A stretch of DNA of 64,000 nt from Naegleria gruberi (taxonomy: Eukaryota): assembly GCA_000004985.1 (NCBI GenBank), contig GG738901.1. One strand, given 5' to 3'. The notes beneath the pieces are model-generated. The model ran no database searches. It was not told the DNA's origin and saw only the letters and a program-made list of their open reading frames with translations. Every line of letters begins with the position of its first letter. Position 1 is the stretch's first letter. Positions 36,826 through 48,205 of this stretch are shown here, in pieces. Made by a program: the position numbers and the translations under genes.

Positions 36826-36921
36826 ATTAATTTTTTATTATATTTCTAATACTGAGATATTCTACTTTAACTTAAAACCTAAATAAAATTGTAAATCTAT
36901 CCAAAAAAAACAAATTGTGTA

Positions 36922-37731
36922 TTATTCATCTACCAAATTAGCATCCTCTTTACCCTTAATCAAATTATTTCTGAATTTCAAATGACTGACAAGTGCAAAA
37001 TTATAATGAGCACATCTCTTTGCAGTCTTTTCCAAATCGTCACACTCCGATTTAAACATACTATTCTTGAGACAGTCTTGTAATTTTTGTTGTTGTTCAG
37101 CACAAAATATATCTCCTACACAACTTAATGATTTCTTTTTAAAATCGTCACAGACAGCATAATATTTCTTAGATTCTTCTACTTCTTCATCAGCTCTTTC
37201 ACTGAAAGAAACTTCACTTTCTGTCTTTATACGTCTAGCCTTTAAAAACCTAGTACATAATCCATATTTATAAAACCATTCGGAACAATTTTTATCACAT
37301 TGTGAAATCTTGTCATCTAAATTATATTTTCTATTTTCCATTTGATAAACTTGATCCAAAACTTTAGATTCAACAAAGACCTTATTACGAAGAATTTCAT
37401 CTTTACATTTAAATATATGATCCTTTGATTCCAATGATTCTACACATGAAGCTAATTTTGCATTTCTAACAGGATCCAACAAGTGACTAGTTAAACAAGA
37501 ATAATAAATATATAAAGCACGTCTAACCATTGTCGGAGTCACTTCATAGTTACTCATCTCGGCAATTTCACTCAATCTATTTAAATATTCTTTACATGTT
37601 GCATATTTTCTTTCACGTGTATCATAAAGAAAATGTCCTAAATTATCATATTTACTATAGAAATGGAGCAACATGTAGTAATCCATCGATTTTTCCACTG
37701 GTACACTTTCCGAAGGTGATTTTTCAGTCAT
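36922..37731 (-). CDS. twin-Cx9C (CHCH-domain) protein, likely mitochondrial intermembrane space; 269 aa
   Basis: There are three exact Cx9C pairs: CDDFKKKSLSC, CAEQQQKLQDC and CDDLEKTAKRC. There are additional Cys pairs upstream. Confidence 0.5.
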   Translation of the reverse strand: MTEKSPSESVPVEKSMDYYMLLHFYSKYDNLGHFLYDTRERKYATCKEYLNRLSEIAEMSNYEVTPTMVRRALYIYYSCLTSHLLDPVRNAKLASCVESLESKDHIFKCKDEILRNKVFVESKVLDQVYQMENRKYNLDDKISQCDKNCSEWFYKYGLCTRFLKARRIKTESEVSFSERADEEVEESKKYYAVCDDFKKKSLSCVGDIFCAEQQQKLQDCLKNSMFKSECDDLEKTAKRCAHYNFALVSHLKFRNNLIKGKEDANLVDE

Positions 37732-37989
37732 TTTTTTAATTGAATTTTTTTAATTTGGTTAATTTTTCATAATGTCCTGATTTGGAAATTTATAAATCAT
37801 TTAATGTTGTTTTTTATTTTGTGTATCAATAATTTTAATTCTAAAATTACTTTGAAGAGTTCTGAAAAGATTTCATATCTGACTGCAAAAGCATCACTCT
37901 TGTTGGGATTTGTGTTGGATTATTAAAATTAAATATTTAACCAATCTGATAAGATAATAATCACGTGTAAAATAAATTAATTATTGGTT

Positions 37990-38979
37990 TTAATGACCAA
38001 TAGTTCTTCCTCCAGTAAGTTTACTCCAATAACTTCCATTATCTGATTGATAATTCTCATTCCAAATTGATTGTTGAGCAATTCCTCCACTTGCATTGTA
38101 TTGAGTTTCTCCATGATAGAAAGAATCCAACTTTTTGATAGATGAAGGTACCAAATTTTCAATCTTGGAAATAATAGCATTGAAATAATGAGAAATAAAT
38201 AAAGTTCTCTCAAATAACAATACAAAAATGTAACCAGAAATTATACCAAATAAATGTCCAACAAATGAGCTACTTGGAAAGAGAAAACTAGTTACCAATA
38301 AGAGAATCCAAGGATAATACTTAGATGGTACTGATATCATTCCAAATAATGAATTTGTAGTTTGTGAAGTGTCTGTAGATGCTATTGTCAAATAGCTGAA
38401 AATAACCCCTGAAAATCCAATAGAGCATTCATGAAGTCCAAAAAATTGAGCTAGGCCATCCATTATTCCAGAAATTGAGGCACTACCTTTTCCTTTATGC
38501 TCAAATTTAGAAAGTCTAACGTTATAACCGAATCCATAGTGTGAAATATTTGAAATTAGGAATGCAATAATTGCCTCCAAAATTGATTCCAAAAATACAA
38601 CAATAATTGTGCATACTATTAATTTTGTAGAGCTATTAAATCTTCCAGTTTCCAAAACAGCAGCAAATGAAACATGTGTCATCATATTAAATAAATAATG
38701 CATAATATCCGAATGAAAGAAAGCATATGCAAATAATCTATACAAATTCAATGGTGATGATTCATCTGTGAGAGAGTAATAATTCAAACACACTTGATCT
38801 ATTGTAGGCTGATTAAACACACATTGTACTATCAAGAATATGAAACTAATTATAATCATGATAGATAATGTTCCGAAAGGTATCTGAGAGAACCAACTCT
38901 TAGCTCGTGACCAAACATTTTGTTCCAACGATGCTGCTGACGATGACGATGCTGCTGAATATCCATCATTACCAAACAT
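37990..38979 (-). CDS. rhomboid-family intramembrane serine protease-like protein, 329 aa
   Basis: It is multi-TM with GFSGVIFSY (GxSG catalytic Ser context) and a downstream GHLFGIISG (His in a TM helix). Confidence 0.6.
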   Translation of the reverse strand: MFGNDGYSAASSSSAASLEQNVWSRAKSWFSQIPFGTLSIMIIISFIFLIVQCVFNQPTIDQVCLNYYSLTDESSPLNLYRLFAYAFFHSDIMHYLFNMMTHVSFAAVLETGRFNSSTKLIVCTIIVVFLESILEAIIAFLISNISHYGFGYNVRLSKFEHKGKGSASISGIMDGLAQFFGLHECSIGFSGVIFSYLTIASTDTSQTTNSLFGMISVPSKYYPWILLLVTSFLFPSSSFVGHLFGIISGYIFVLLFERTLFISHYFNAIISKIENLVPSSIKKLDSFYHGETQYNASGGIAQQSIWNENYQSDNGSYWSKLTGGRTIGH

Positions 38980-39058
38980 TTTTAGGCTTTTTTAAAATTT
39001 TAATTATCAATACAAAGTATTCAGTTACAATTATTTCAAATAATTATAATATTAAAAA

Positions 39059-39526
39059 ATGTCGTTTTTCAGGGAGGTTCAGGAAGGTAATGCTGATGAT
39101 GGTGGAGGAGAGAAAATAAAGACAAGTCTCGGAGTAAAGAAATCAATTAATATTCTCACCTCTCGATATATTAAAAATCATTTGAAGGAAAAGAAGGAAT
39201 TTGAAAAGGAAAAGAGGAAAATATTTAGATATTTATTGCAGTATCATTATATTTCTCTCCAATTAATGATGGAAACTAATTTATATAGAGGGAAGGAATT
39301 GAAATCAATTTATGAAATTGATTCTTCTAATTTATACTTATTGGCTCTTAAATATCAAAAACAAAGGCTTTATTTGAAACTCATGTACTTTATGACAGAG
39401 TTGAATTATTACTCGGATATATTACAATTGTTGGATTCTAATCATATCCATGCAGAGTCTACCTTGATGAGTCTTGTAGAAAGGAAAATTAAGGCACACG
39501 AAATTATGAGTCATACTAATGACTGA
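39059..39526 (+). CDS. hypothetical protein, 155 aa
   Basis: Track ORF with coding-like composition and no motif. Confidence 0.25.
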   Translation: MSFFREVQEGNADDGGGEKIKTSLGVKKSINILTSRYIKNHLKEKKEFEKEKRKIFRYLLQYHYISLQLMMETNLYRGKELKSIYEIDSSNLYLLALKYQKQRLYLKLMYFMTELNYYSDILQLLDSNHIHAESTLMSLVERKIKAHEIMSHTND

Positions 39527-40070
39527 GTCATTCATATATATGTATATTGGATACTATAGTAGTCATCATTGATATCAATTTGAATTATTAACTTATTTAC
39601 AAACTAACGAGTCATTAGGACACCCAATTGGGAACAATTGTTTACAATTCATGGTCAAATTACCAAAACAAGCTCAATTTCATTATGCCACAATCATTGG
39701 GACCTGAGAAATTTGCTGTATTAACTGACGAACACTCTTATATTGGGTGCATAATGCACCACCAAACTAAATAGACCACAAGGAAGATTAAGGTACTTTC
39801 AGTTTCTTCCTGTAAGCACATTGAAAAGATCTAAAACAATTAAGGGAAACCAAAATATTAAAGCCCAAAAACAATTGTCAGAGGAAACACAATAATTTAC
39901 CAATGGATGTATTAAATTCAAGAGAACTATCCTATCCTACAATCTACCAAATGCAAGTTTGAGAAATTTCATATTTATACAATATGAATACACGACTATT
40001 TCTCTCCTTCTCCACACCGTATTATCAATGGCGCCAAATGATCACCTACATCTTAATGCCTTTATAAAAA

Positions 40071-41294
40071 ATGAAACGAAAGCACGAAGAATCTCCTTCA
40101 CAATCCAACAAGCAAACAAAAAGAAAGAACGGAAAGGAAGAGGATGCTGAACGAAAGACCTGGAGTTACACTCCATTTGTTCCCTACTCGAGCAACAATT
40201 TGACCGTGTGTGAGAAAGGCGTTCTAGATGCTAAAAAGCACATTTATGTAGAGCAAACGAATTTTATTTCAGACCACTTTGTTAAGGCATTGCAGAAGAA
40301 ATCCTTCTTCTCCTTCCAGGGTTCTCCAAATAGTGGGAAGAGTTCAATGATATTGAACAGCATTATTCCAATGATTAGAGATAATAAGGAAAATAATAAT
40401 TATTTGCTTCTCTATGTTGATTTGGCTGTGGTCATGAAGGATTGGGTTATTAAAAAGACTGGTGGCAGTGTGAGTTTCCAACACTGCTTTATGGATTATG
40501 TGTTGAAGAAGTTGAGATCACAAGCAAGTGTTCCTCAATCCATTTTAACTCTCTTCTCCCTCAATTCTCCTTATTGTCAAGAATTGCGTAAGAGTATTAT
40601 TCTTTTCATGGATCACGCGGATGATATTCATAAACTTCCCTATGAAGAGAGAAGAACCTTTGTTGAAAGTTGGTTAAGAATATCAGAAACTAGAGTTCAG
40701 TTCAGCTTGTTTAGCATTGTTGTTATTGGAAACTCTGTCATTCGTCCATTTTCCATAAGAGATGAAGAAAAGAACATTATGGTTTCTCCATTCTGCAAGC
40801 ATGCCTTTGTTCCATACTTTTCCAGAGATGAGCTCGTGCATTTCACAAAGCAATTTCTAAACATTCCAATAACAATGGAAATTATTGACAGAATCTATGA
40901 AAGATACACCTATGGACACATTGGACAATCTATCATTATGCTCAAATACTATACCTATCTTTGGGAAGGTTGCAATCCACCATCTAACGTAGAAGAATGG
41001 GAATATGACATTCTTTCAGATAATTTTTGGGAATTCTTGAAAAATGATTCATTCCATGCCAAGATTTTCGAATCATTATCAAATGATAAATTGATGGAAC
41101 CTTTAATTCGTTGGTTAAAAGACGAAAGAGAAGGAAGAGGTTTGAATCTTGACTTGTCAATTGAAGATCAACTGGCACGAATTGGAGTAATTCAATTGAG
41201 TCAAAAAAGATTTCATTTGACTTCTCATTTGATGAGAGATTTGGTGGAAACTGCTTATACAGAACCTCCACAATTATCTACTAATGTGATTTAA
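40071..41294 (+). CDS. hypothetical P-loop NTPase (Walker A GSPNSGKSS) with a basic N-terminus, 407 aa
   Basis: Track ORF. The Walker A motif and a hhhhD-like Walker B (LLLYVDLA) are visible by eye. Confidence 0.45.
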   Translation: MKRKHEESPSQSNKQTKRKNGKEEDAERKTWSYTPFVPYSSNNLTVCEKGVLDAKKHIYVEQTNFISDHFVKALQKKSFFSFQGSPNSGKSSMILNSIIPMIRDNKENNNYLLLYVDLAVVMKDWVIKKTGGSVSFQHCFMDYVLKKLRSQASVPQSILTLFSLNSPYCQELRKSIILFMDHADDIHKLPYEERRTFVESWLRISETRVQFSLFSIVVIGNSVIRPFSIRDEEKNIMVSPFCKHAFVPYFSRDELVHFTKQFLNIPITMEIIDRIYERYTYGHIGQSIIMLKYYTYLWEGCNPPSNVEEWEYDILSDNFWEFLKNDSFHAKIFESLSNDKLMEPLIRWLKDEREGRGLNLDLSIEDQLARIGVIQLSQKRFHLTSHLMRDLVETAYTEPPQLSTNVI

Positions 41295-42176
41295 AAGTGC
41301 TGTCTACGTTTTAATCGAATAAACATTTTATTTTCAAAGTTAGTGAGATTCGTATTTTGTTGATCATGTATTATCATTACATGAACGTTTAGTTAATGGA
41401 AGAGAGGAAAACTTTAACACATTCTTAATCTGACAGATTAGACAATCATCATTCAAATAGATTATTCCTTCTTTTTAAGAATCTTTCCAATAATTTCTGA
41501 GCACTTTGATCTGAAACTGGACTTTTTCTTTGATAGCGAATCTAACGAATATGAAGATGATTGAGCAGACGAAACTTGACAATCTTCAAAATTCCATCCG
41601 AAATCTGCCATTGGTGCAATAGTCAAATTTGAGGTTGACTTGACATCTCTCTTGGTAATTTGCTGTTTAGTTAAAGAGGATGATCTTCTTTGAAGAATGT
41701 TTAAAGATTTTCTATTGTTATTCGAGGTCATTAGAAATTGGCTCTTAGTTATTCGATTCTGAACTAAAGTTGTTTTTTTTCAAAGTGTTGTGTAGATTTA
41801 TGACGTTGGGCATGGATTCTTATATCTTATTTCGGCAGGCGAAACATGCAATTGGGAACTGAAGCATGATATGTATGTTGAGAAAGGAAGGGTATTTCTA
41901 TGGCGTTGCGATATGAGTTCAGCTTTGGTAAACAATGTCCATGCATGTTGAGAGCGTTTCAACATCATTGACAAAGTTTAGGTAGAAATCGAATAATAAC
42001 GATGATAATTATTAGCTTGAGCTACTCGATTAGGGCCATGAAAAGCATGTGCTTGTCCAAGTAAAGAGTTTTATTGGAATTGTGGTTCACGAAAGTTAGA
42101 GAAACCAATAAATCAAGAAGAGTACTGTTTGAGAAATCAGGAGAAAAGAAACTAATGAATTTATTCGAAACTATGC

Positions 42177-43007
42177 TCATTTATTGTCATTTATCACAAA
42201 TTGCATTGGGTTCCTCAAGTAACTATCACAAAAATCTTGTACTTCTTGATTGAGTTTCGAATAACCTACCACCAATTGACAATGCTTTATATTTTGCCCA
42301 AATAACAATTCTAAATCTTCTCTAAAACCATATTCTAAAGTTAAATCCAAAAAATCCATTACAATCATTTTAACCTTTGAAAAATCAATCAAATTCTGGT
42401 TGACCAAATATGAAATATATCCAGCAGTTCCAACCAAAACTTTAGCTCCATAAATATGTCTAGCCATTTCAGTTAAACTCGATCCACTGACACAGGTGCA
42501 CACTTTCACACTCAAATCCTGAGAAATGTGATTCAACATGGATGAAATTGAAAGAGCTAGTTCTCTAACCGGAAGTATTACAATATATTCAATGGTCAAT
42601 TGAGTATTCTCTTGGGAAGGAGTTGAATTTTTTGATAATTTATCCAAAATGGCAATTGAGTAACAAAGATGTCTCAATATTGGTGTTTGAATAGACACAT
42701 CAATAGGTGGATCGGAGGAAATTAATGGCCAAATAACTTGTTTGTCAACTTGATTGAGCTCAAATTCTTTCAATGCCGAAAGTAATTCACTTGATAAATT
42801 CAATTCATTGAAGGAAGTAATAATTTTTGGTAAATACTTTGGTTTGGTATTGATCTTGGTTTTTAATAGATCATAGTGATGAGAACTGGTGCATAATTTA
42901 TCAATTGTCGCTACTTGGTCATCATTGGCAAAATCGAAAACTGCAACTCGAACTTGTTCCATTTTTTCAACTTTGAAATGCAATTCAACAATTTTCTTCA
43001 ATTGCAA
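42177..43007 (-). CDS. degenerate DEAD-box helicase N-terminal (RecA1-like) domain protein, 276 aa, lacking Walker A and DEAD
   Basis: It is collinear with DEAD-box motifs. There is a Q-motif-like F..L.L..ELL.AL. Motif Ia is present (ILPVRELALSI). Motif Ib is GTAGYISYLV. The motif II position reads MDFLD, not DEAD. At the motif I position it has QTPILRH instead of AxTGSGKT. A stop follows the domain, so there is no second RecA domain. Confidence 0.5.
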   Translation of the reverse strand: MQLKKIVELHFKVEKMEQVRVAVFDFANDDQVATIDKLCTSSHHYDLLKTKINTKPKYLPKIITSFNELNLSSELLSALKEFELNQVDKQVIWPLISSDPPIDVSIQTPILRHLCYSIAILDKLSKNSTPSQENTQLTIEYIVILPVRELALSISSMLNHISQDLSVKVCTCVSGSSLTEMARHIYGAKVLVGTAGYISYLVNQNLIDFSKVKMIVMDFLDLTLEYGFREDLELLFGQNIKHCQLVVGYSKLNQEVQDFCDSYLRNPMQFVINDNK

Positions 43008-43164
43008 TTCAACATTTGATCCAGAAAGACAATTGGATAATAATCATCGGTTGATCTGAACATGTTTTGTTAGAGAATTTGAATGTGATTTGGTGATCAA
43101 AAGATCTTGATGATTTATTTTACAATCAATTTAATAGTAGTACACAATGCAATATTGCAATTCT

Positions 43165-43323
43165 TTAATAATTGCTTCCGCACTTTCCACAAGCAGCTGA
43201 ATTACCTGACTTGACTGGAGTACCATCACCTAAATTTCTCTTACATTGCTTACACATGGCAGTACCACATGCCTTGCAGCTGATTTTATCTGAGGAACCA
43301 CATCCACTTGACCACTTGCACAT
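43165..43323 (-). CDS. candidate small cysteine-rich protein (52 aa, four CxxC/Cx5C pairs)
   Basis: The minus-strand ORF is MCKWSSGCGSSDKISCKACGTAMCKQCKRNLGDGTPVKSGNSAACGKCGSNY*. It is absent from the track because it is under 60 aa. Its composition is coding-like. It overlaps plus-strand track ORF 43172-43366, which looks non-genic. Confidence 0.3.
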   Translation of the reverse strand: MCKWSSGCGSSDKISCKACGTAMCKQCKRNLGDGTPVKSGNSAACGKCGSNY

Positions 43324-43763
43324 CTTATTGATTTGTTTTTTTGATTTTGTTGTTGAGTTGGTGTGAAATGTATTGGATCACATGTTAAATAGGAAATTGT
43401 TAGTCGTTTCTTGATAATGAACGATCAAGGGGTGGTTAATAATTGGGTTGAAATTATTGGATTGGATGGAATTAACCGTGACTAAGTTGTGTAGCACATT
43501 AAAAACGTCCTTAATGAGGTGGAATTGTAAAGTGGTGAAAATCTGATCAGGTTTGGATGATACTAGAAATAGACTTGTTGGTTTATGTGAATTCAAACAG
43601 AGGCTTGATATCATTGTTGAGCTTTCGACAGAGGTTGCTCTTACCATCTTCAATAGTAAATCACGTTCTATGAAGTACAATGTCATATCTGAAATTATTT
43701 GACCACCTACAGAACTATCCATGAAGTAGCATGGCTAACTGATGAATTAATAGAGAAAAATAT

Positions 43764-44972
43764 TTACACTTTTAAAGTCTTGATATTGGAGAGTAATGCA
43801 ATTCCTTCCTCAGTAAGATTGGCTTCCTCCAGATCAAGCTCAATAAGAGTGGGAATGCTGGCGAGATGTTTTGCCCCTTCGTCACCAATGTTAGACGAGG
43901 CTAGTCCGAGAGATAGCCCATATTTTGTGTTTGGCATGATGTAATTGCCTGATAATGAAAGAATTCTCAAAAATTTCATACCACTCAAAGGTTTTACGTC
44001 CTTAATATGATTTCCACTCAATTTCAGACAATTTAGGGTTTCCAATTTTGAAATTTCATCGAGAGATGATATCCTATTTACATCCAATATCAAACTAGTC
44101 AGATTTTTCAACTTGCTAATATTTCTAATATGATTATCGAAAATATAATTTCTTGTGAGGTCTAGATGAGTTAAGTGTGGTAAAGAATCAATCAAATGTG
44201 AAGTTCCTCCTTCTATTGTATCGTATGTGATTGTAAGGGAATGCAAATTCGTCAATTTACATAATTTTCTTGCTCCCGATTCAGTGATACCACCAAATGA
44301 AATTTCCAAGTTGGTAAGACTTATCAATTTAGAAATGCACTCAGCACCCACCATTCCTATTATATGTTTTGAAATTTTTAATGTTGTTAAATTGCTACCG
44401 AACTTGGAAAGGAGCTGTATTTGATTGGTATCATAATGACATGGAGTATTCGATATAAATGCAACTTCTCTCAAATTGTTGAATAATGTCAGCTCATCCA
44501 AATGTCTGAATTTTCCTCTCTTAAATAATATTTTAGATAGTTTGGGCAATGTTTCCAATACTGAAATATTTCTAATAGATCCTGTCAACTCTAATAATTC
44601 CAAATTGTGTAAACTTTTTAACCATTCTGCATCAATTCGTTCCATTCCAAAAATTCTCAACTCTTTCAAATTCTTAAATCCAGCAAAATATTCATCATTA
44701 AAATACCTCAAATAGGTGTTCTCCATTCTCATGATCAACTCTTGCAAATTACAATACTTGTTCAATACCTTCACTTGGCCAATCTCGTAAGAAAAAGTTA
44801 ATGTCATTGGCGTTTTCAACACTGCTCGATACCACTCTCCACAAACCAATTCACAAACTCTCACCACAAACCAAGAGGGAAGGAACCTAAAAACGTGATG
44901 CTCCAATATTTCGGGAGGAAGAAAAAAACGAGAGACAAAATTCTCCCTCTCCTTTCTCAGAGTTCTCCTCAT
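43764..44972 (-). CDS. F-box/LRR-repeat protein (RNI-type leucine-rich repeats), 402 aa
   Basis: The N-terminal F-box-like segment is LPPEILEHHVFRFLPSWFVVRVCELVCGEWY. Tandem repeats of about 24-28 aa follow, of the form L..L..L.L..N.I.D.G...L. Confidence 0.65.
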   Translation of the reverse strand: MRRTLRKERENFVSRFFLPPEILEHHVFRFLPSWFVVRVCELVCGEWYRAVLKTPMTLTFSYEIGQVKVLNKYCNLQELIMRMENTYLRYFNDEYFAGFKNLKELRIFGMERIDAEWLKSLHNLELLELTGSIRNISVLETLPKLSKILFKRGKFRHLDELTLFNNLREVAFISNTPCHYDTNQIQLLSKFGSNLTTLKISKHIIGMVGAECISKLISLTNLEISFGGITESGARKLCKLTNLHSLTITYDTIEGGTSHLIDSLPHLTHLDLTRNYIFDNHIRNISKLKNLTSLILDVNRISSLDEISKLETLNCLKLSGNHIKDVKPLSGMKFLRILSLSGNYIMPNTKYGLSLGLASSNIGDEGAKHLASIPTLIELDLEEANLTEEGIALLSNIKTLKV

Positions 44973-45139
44973 TATTGATCATTTTTTTCAAATATTATTT
45001 AAAATCAATAGAAAATAGAACCAATCAAAACAATTGATTGTTGTGTTCTACAATGCAAGTTGAAACAACCATATAGGAGAGGACATTAAAATGTGCTATC
45101 AGACCTTAGTTACTACTAAGAATTAAAAGTTTAAAAAAA

Positions 45140-46528
45140 ATGATTGAAAAGCCAACACTTAATGTTGTCTTCGTGGGACATGTTGATGCTGGAAAATCGA
45201 CACTGGCAGGGAGATTGTTGAATGCTCTCGGGACAATTAATAATGGAATTATTGATAGGCTTAGGAATGAATCCACGAGAGCGGGAATGGCATCGTTCCT
45301 TTATGCTAATGTGTTGAGTAGAACAAAGGATGAAATAAAGATAGGAAGAACCATTCAAATAGCCCACAGTAGAGCGGAAACTAAGCATTATTATTTGAAT
45401 ATTATTGATGCTCCAGGTAAATTTAACAGATTTAATTTTAATAATTATTCGAAATTTAATTATTGATGATCAAACTTTAATATTTAAATTTTGAATTGAT
45501 AAATAGTTGGATCTTTTATGAAAAGTTTGATTAGAGGAATATCACAAGCTGGAGTTGCCATAATAGTCTTGGATGCTGAAACTGGAGCATTTGAAGCTGG
45601 AATTCAATCAGTTAGACAGACATTAATTATGACAAAAAGTATGGGAGTGATTCAATTGATATTTTGTGTCAACAAGATGGATAGCAGGTTTTTTAATCAT
45701 TCAAAAGATAGGTTTGCAGAAATTAAAGATGAAATTACTAGAATAGCAAAGAGAGCTGGGTATATAGCAGAACCTTTATTCATTCCAGTTTCAGCTTGGA
45801 ATGGATGGAATATATTGGAGCCAGCAGACAAGTTCAGTTGGTTTAAAGGGCCTACACTTCTTGATGCTATTAATGCACTAAAACCACCAACCTATCATTC
45901 TGAAAAGCCTTTGAGAATACCTATTTTGGAGGTTTATAATTTGGAAGGTGTAGGAACTGTAGTTTTTGGAAAAATTGAATCAGGAACTTTAAAATTGGAT
46001 ACTAAACTGAGATTCACAAATGGAAAAAAGAAAATTACTGATGGAACTGTTGGCTCAATAGAGATTTTTAGAAAATCTGTCACTGAGGCAAAAGCTGGAG
46101 AAATGGTGTCAATCAAACTAGAAAATGTAAATTATCAAGATTTGAAAGCAGGTATTATAATATCAGATGCTGAAAATAATCCTGCTCGAGAGGTTGTTTC
46201 TTTTGAGGGTGAGATTGTAATTGTGAAATGCCCTGGTGTTATTAAGCCATCATACAAACCTACCTTCCATTGCTATACATTACAAACAAGATGTAAATTT
46301 AAACAGCTTTTAGAAACTTCCAAGATGCCTGATAGGTCTGAAAAGGAGGAAAATCCAACAGAGCTTAGAACAGGAAGGTTTGCAGTAGTTCTATTCGAAC
46401 CAGATCATCCTTTCTATATTGAGCCATTTGAAACTTTCCCTCCATTTGGAAGGTTTGTAATTAGAGATAATGGACATGTAACATGTGTTGGAATTGTTAA
46501 AAAGGTCAATTACGAGACAGAAAATTGA
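45140..46528 (+). CDS. EF1A/Hbs1/eRF3-family translational GTPase paralog, 2 exons (about 45140-45416 and 45507-46528); the catalytic His of DxPGH appears replaced
   Basis: G1 is GHVDAGKST and NKxD is NKMD, with beta-barrel domains II and III downstream. The G|GTAAAT donor and AAATAG acceptor (90-nt intron) give ..NIIDAPGVGSFMKSLIRG.., compared with EF1A ..IIDAPGHRDFIKNMITG... There is no N-terminal extension. Confidence 0.7.
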
Positions 46529-46737
46529 AAGTACTAACTGCTTATTCAAACAAAATGAAACGCTTGATCCTACCACTTGTTTTTATTGATATTTTTGTTT
46601 TCTAATTTGAAAATACGAAACAAGATTCAGGAATGAATGATCATCTGTTGAAACACTATTGAAAATGGAAAACTATGGAGATTGCAAATTAGTTCACACA
46701 ATATCTTCTAATATTGAAACATTTCAACAAGAAAAAA

Positions 46738-48205
46738 ATGTTCAAACAAGCCAAACCATTAATTGTGCGTTGTGGAAAATCAGCAGCCCAATATAAAAAC
46801 TTTCATACATGTCTCTTCGGAAGAAATTCTTCTTCATCCACAGCTGTGGATCATCACAATTTTGAAGGAATGGAGGATCGGACAGCAAATTTAGCTGAAC
46901 AATTATTGCAAGGAAGTAGAGTTGCACTGAGTAAGTCGATTACTATGGTAGAATCCAAGCTGGTTAAACATCACGTTCAGGCTAGATATTTATTGGCTTA
47001 TCTATCAAAATTGAGACCAGCCAGTGAATTGAAACAATCATTTAGAGTGGGAATTTCGGGTAGGTATTTAAATCATCTGCTTCTTTTAGGATTTAAAATT
47101 AATAATTTAATTACTATTGAATATTATAAAATATTATAATGAAAAGGACCACCTGGAGCTGGTAAATCAACAATGATTGAAGGTTAGTTTGGATAATAAT
47201 AATATTAATCAATTTTGATTGACTGAATAATATGTTAATAGTATGTTTTTGAATATAAATTGATTTGTTTAGGAAAATAATATCAAAATAGGCTCTTGGA
47301 AAACATTTAATTAAAGAACGAGGTGAAAATGTTGCTGTTCTTGCAGTAGATCCAAGCAGCAGTAGAACAGGAGGAAGTATTTTAGGAGATAAAACAAGAA
47401 TGATTGAATTATCGAGAATGGAGGAAGCATTCATTAGACCATCACCATCCATGGGATTTTTGGGAGGTGTAACAGCTAATATGTATGAGATTATTAATTT
47501 ATGTGAATATGCTGGATATGATAATATTCTTGTGGAGACTGTTGGTGTTGGTCAATCTGAAATTCTTGTGGCAGATTTAACTGATATGGTTGTTCTGGTT
47601 GTGCCACCAGGTATGTAATTGTTTGAATTTACTGTGTTTTAATAATTGTGACATTGTGTGAAAAGCTGGAGGGTAAGTTTTTCAATTATTATTAGGATTA
47701 TTAAATATTCCTCAGTGATGAATTACAAGGTATGAAGAGAGGTATTGTGGAAGTAGCCGATTTGGTAGTTGTAAATAAGGCAGATGGTGATTTGGTTTTC
47801 ATTGCAAGAAGAGCCAGGGGTGAATATAGAAGTGCATTGCACTACATGAGACCTAAATATCCTGGAATTTACTATCCAGAAGTAATGTTATGCTCATCCA
47901 GAAGAGAAAATCCAATGGAAGACACCAAATATCCAATTTCTGGAGTTTGGGAGAAGGCCATCAATTATCGAACTGTCATGTTAGAACATGGACTTATTGA
48001 ACAAAAGAGACAAGAACAAAGAAAGACCTGGATGTGGAAACAAGTCAATGAAGAATTAATTACCAGACTCCTTCAAACAGATGAAAACACAAGCTTGTTC
48101 ATTAATAATGTACAAGATAGAGTTGAAAAGGGAGAAATGTCTCCTCGTATTGCTGCTGATGTCATTCTGCAAAAGTTTTTGAAAAACAACAAAGATTCTC
48201 ACTAA
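46738..48205 (+). CDS. meaB: MeaB/ArgK-type GTPase (MMAA-like methylmalonyl-CoA mutase chaperone), at least 4 exons including a 36-nt micro-exon (about 47145-47180)
   Basis: Exon 1 ends ..RVGISG. The micro-exon gives (G)[11 protein letters not shown]. Exon 3 gives [44 protein letters not shown].. Exon 4 gives [25 protein letters not shown]... All of this is collinear with human MMAA. Two junction phases could not be reconciled with canonical GT-AG positions by eye. Confidence 0.75.

Noticed and set aside
43172-43366. Plus-strand 64-aa ORF
   Set aside because: It has no motif, and the overlapping minus-strand Cys-rich ORF is the more protein-like reading. It is retained only as context for that finding.
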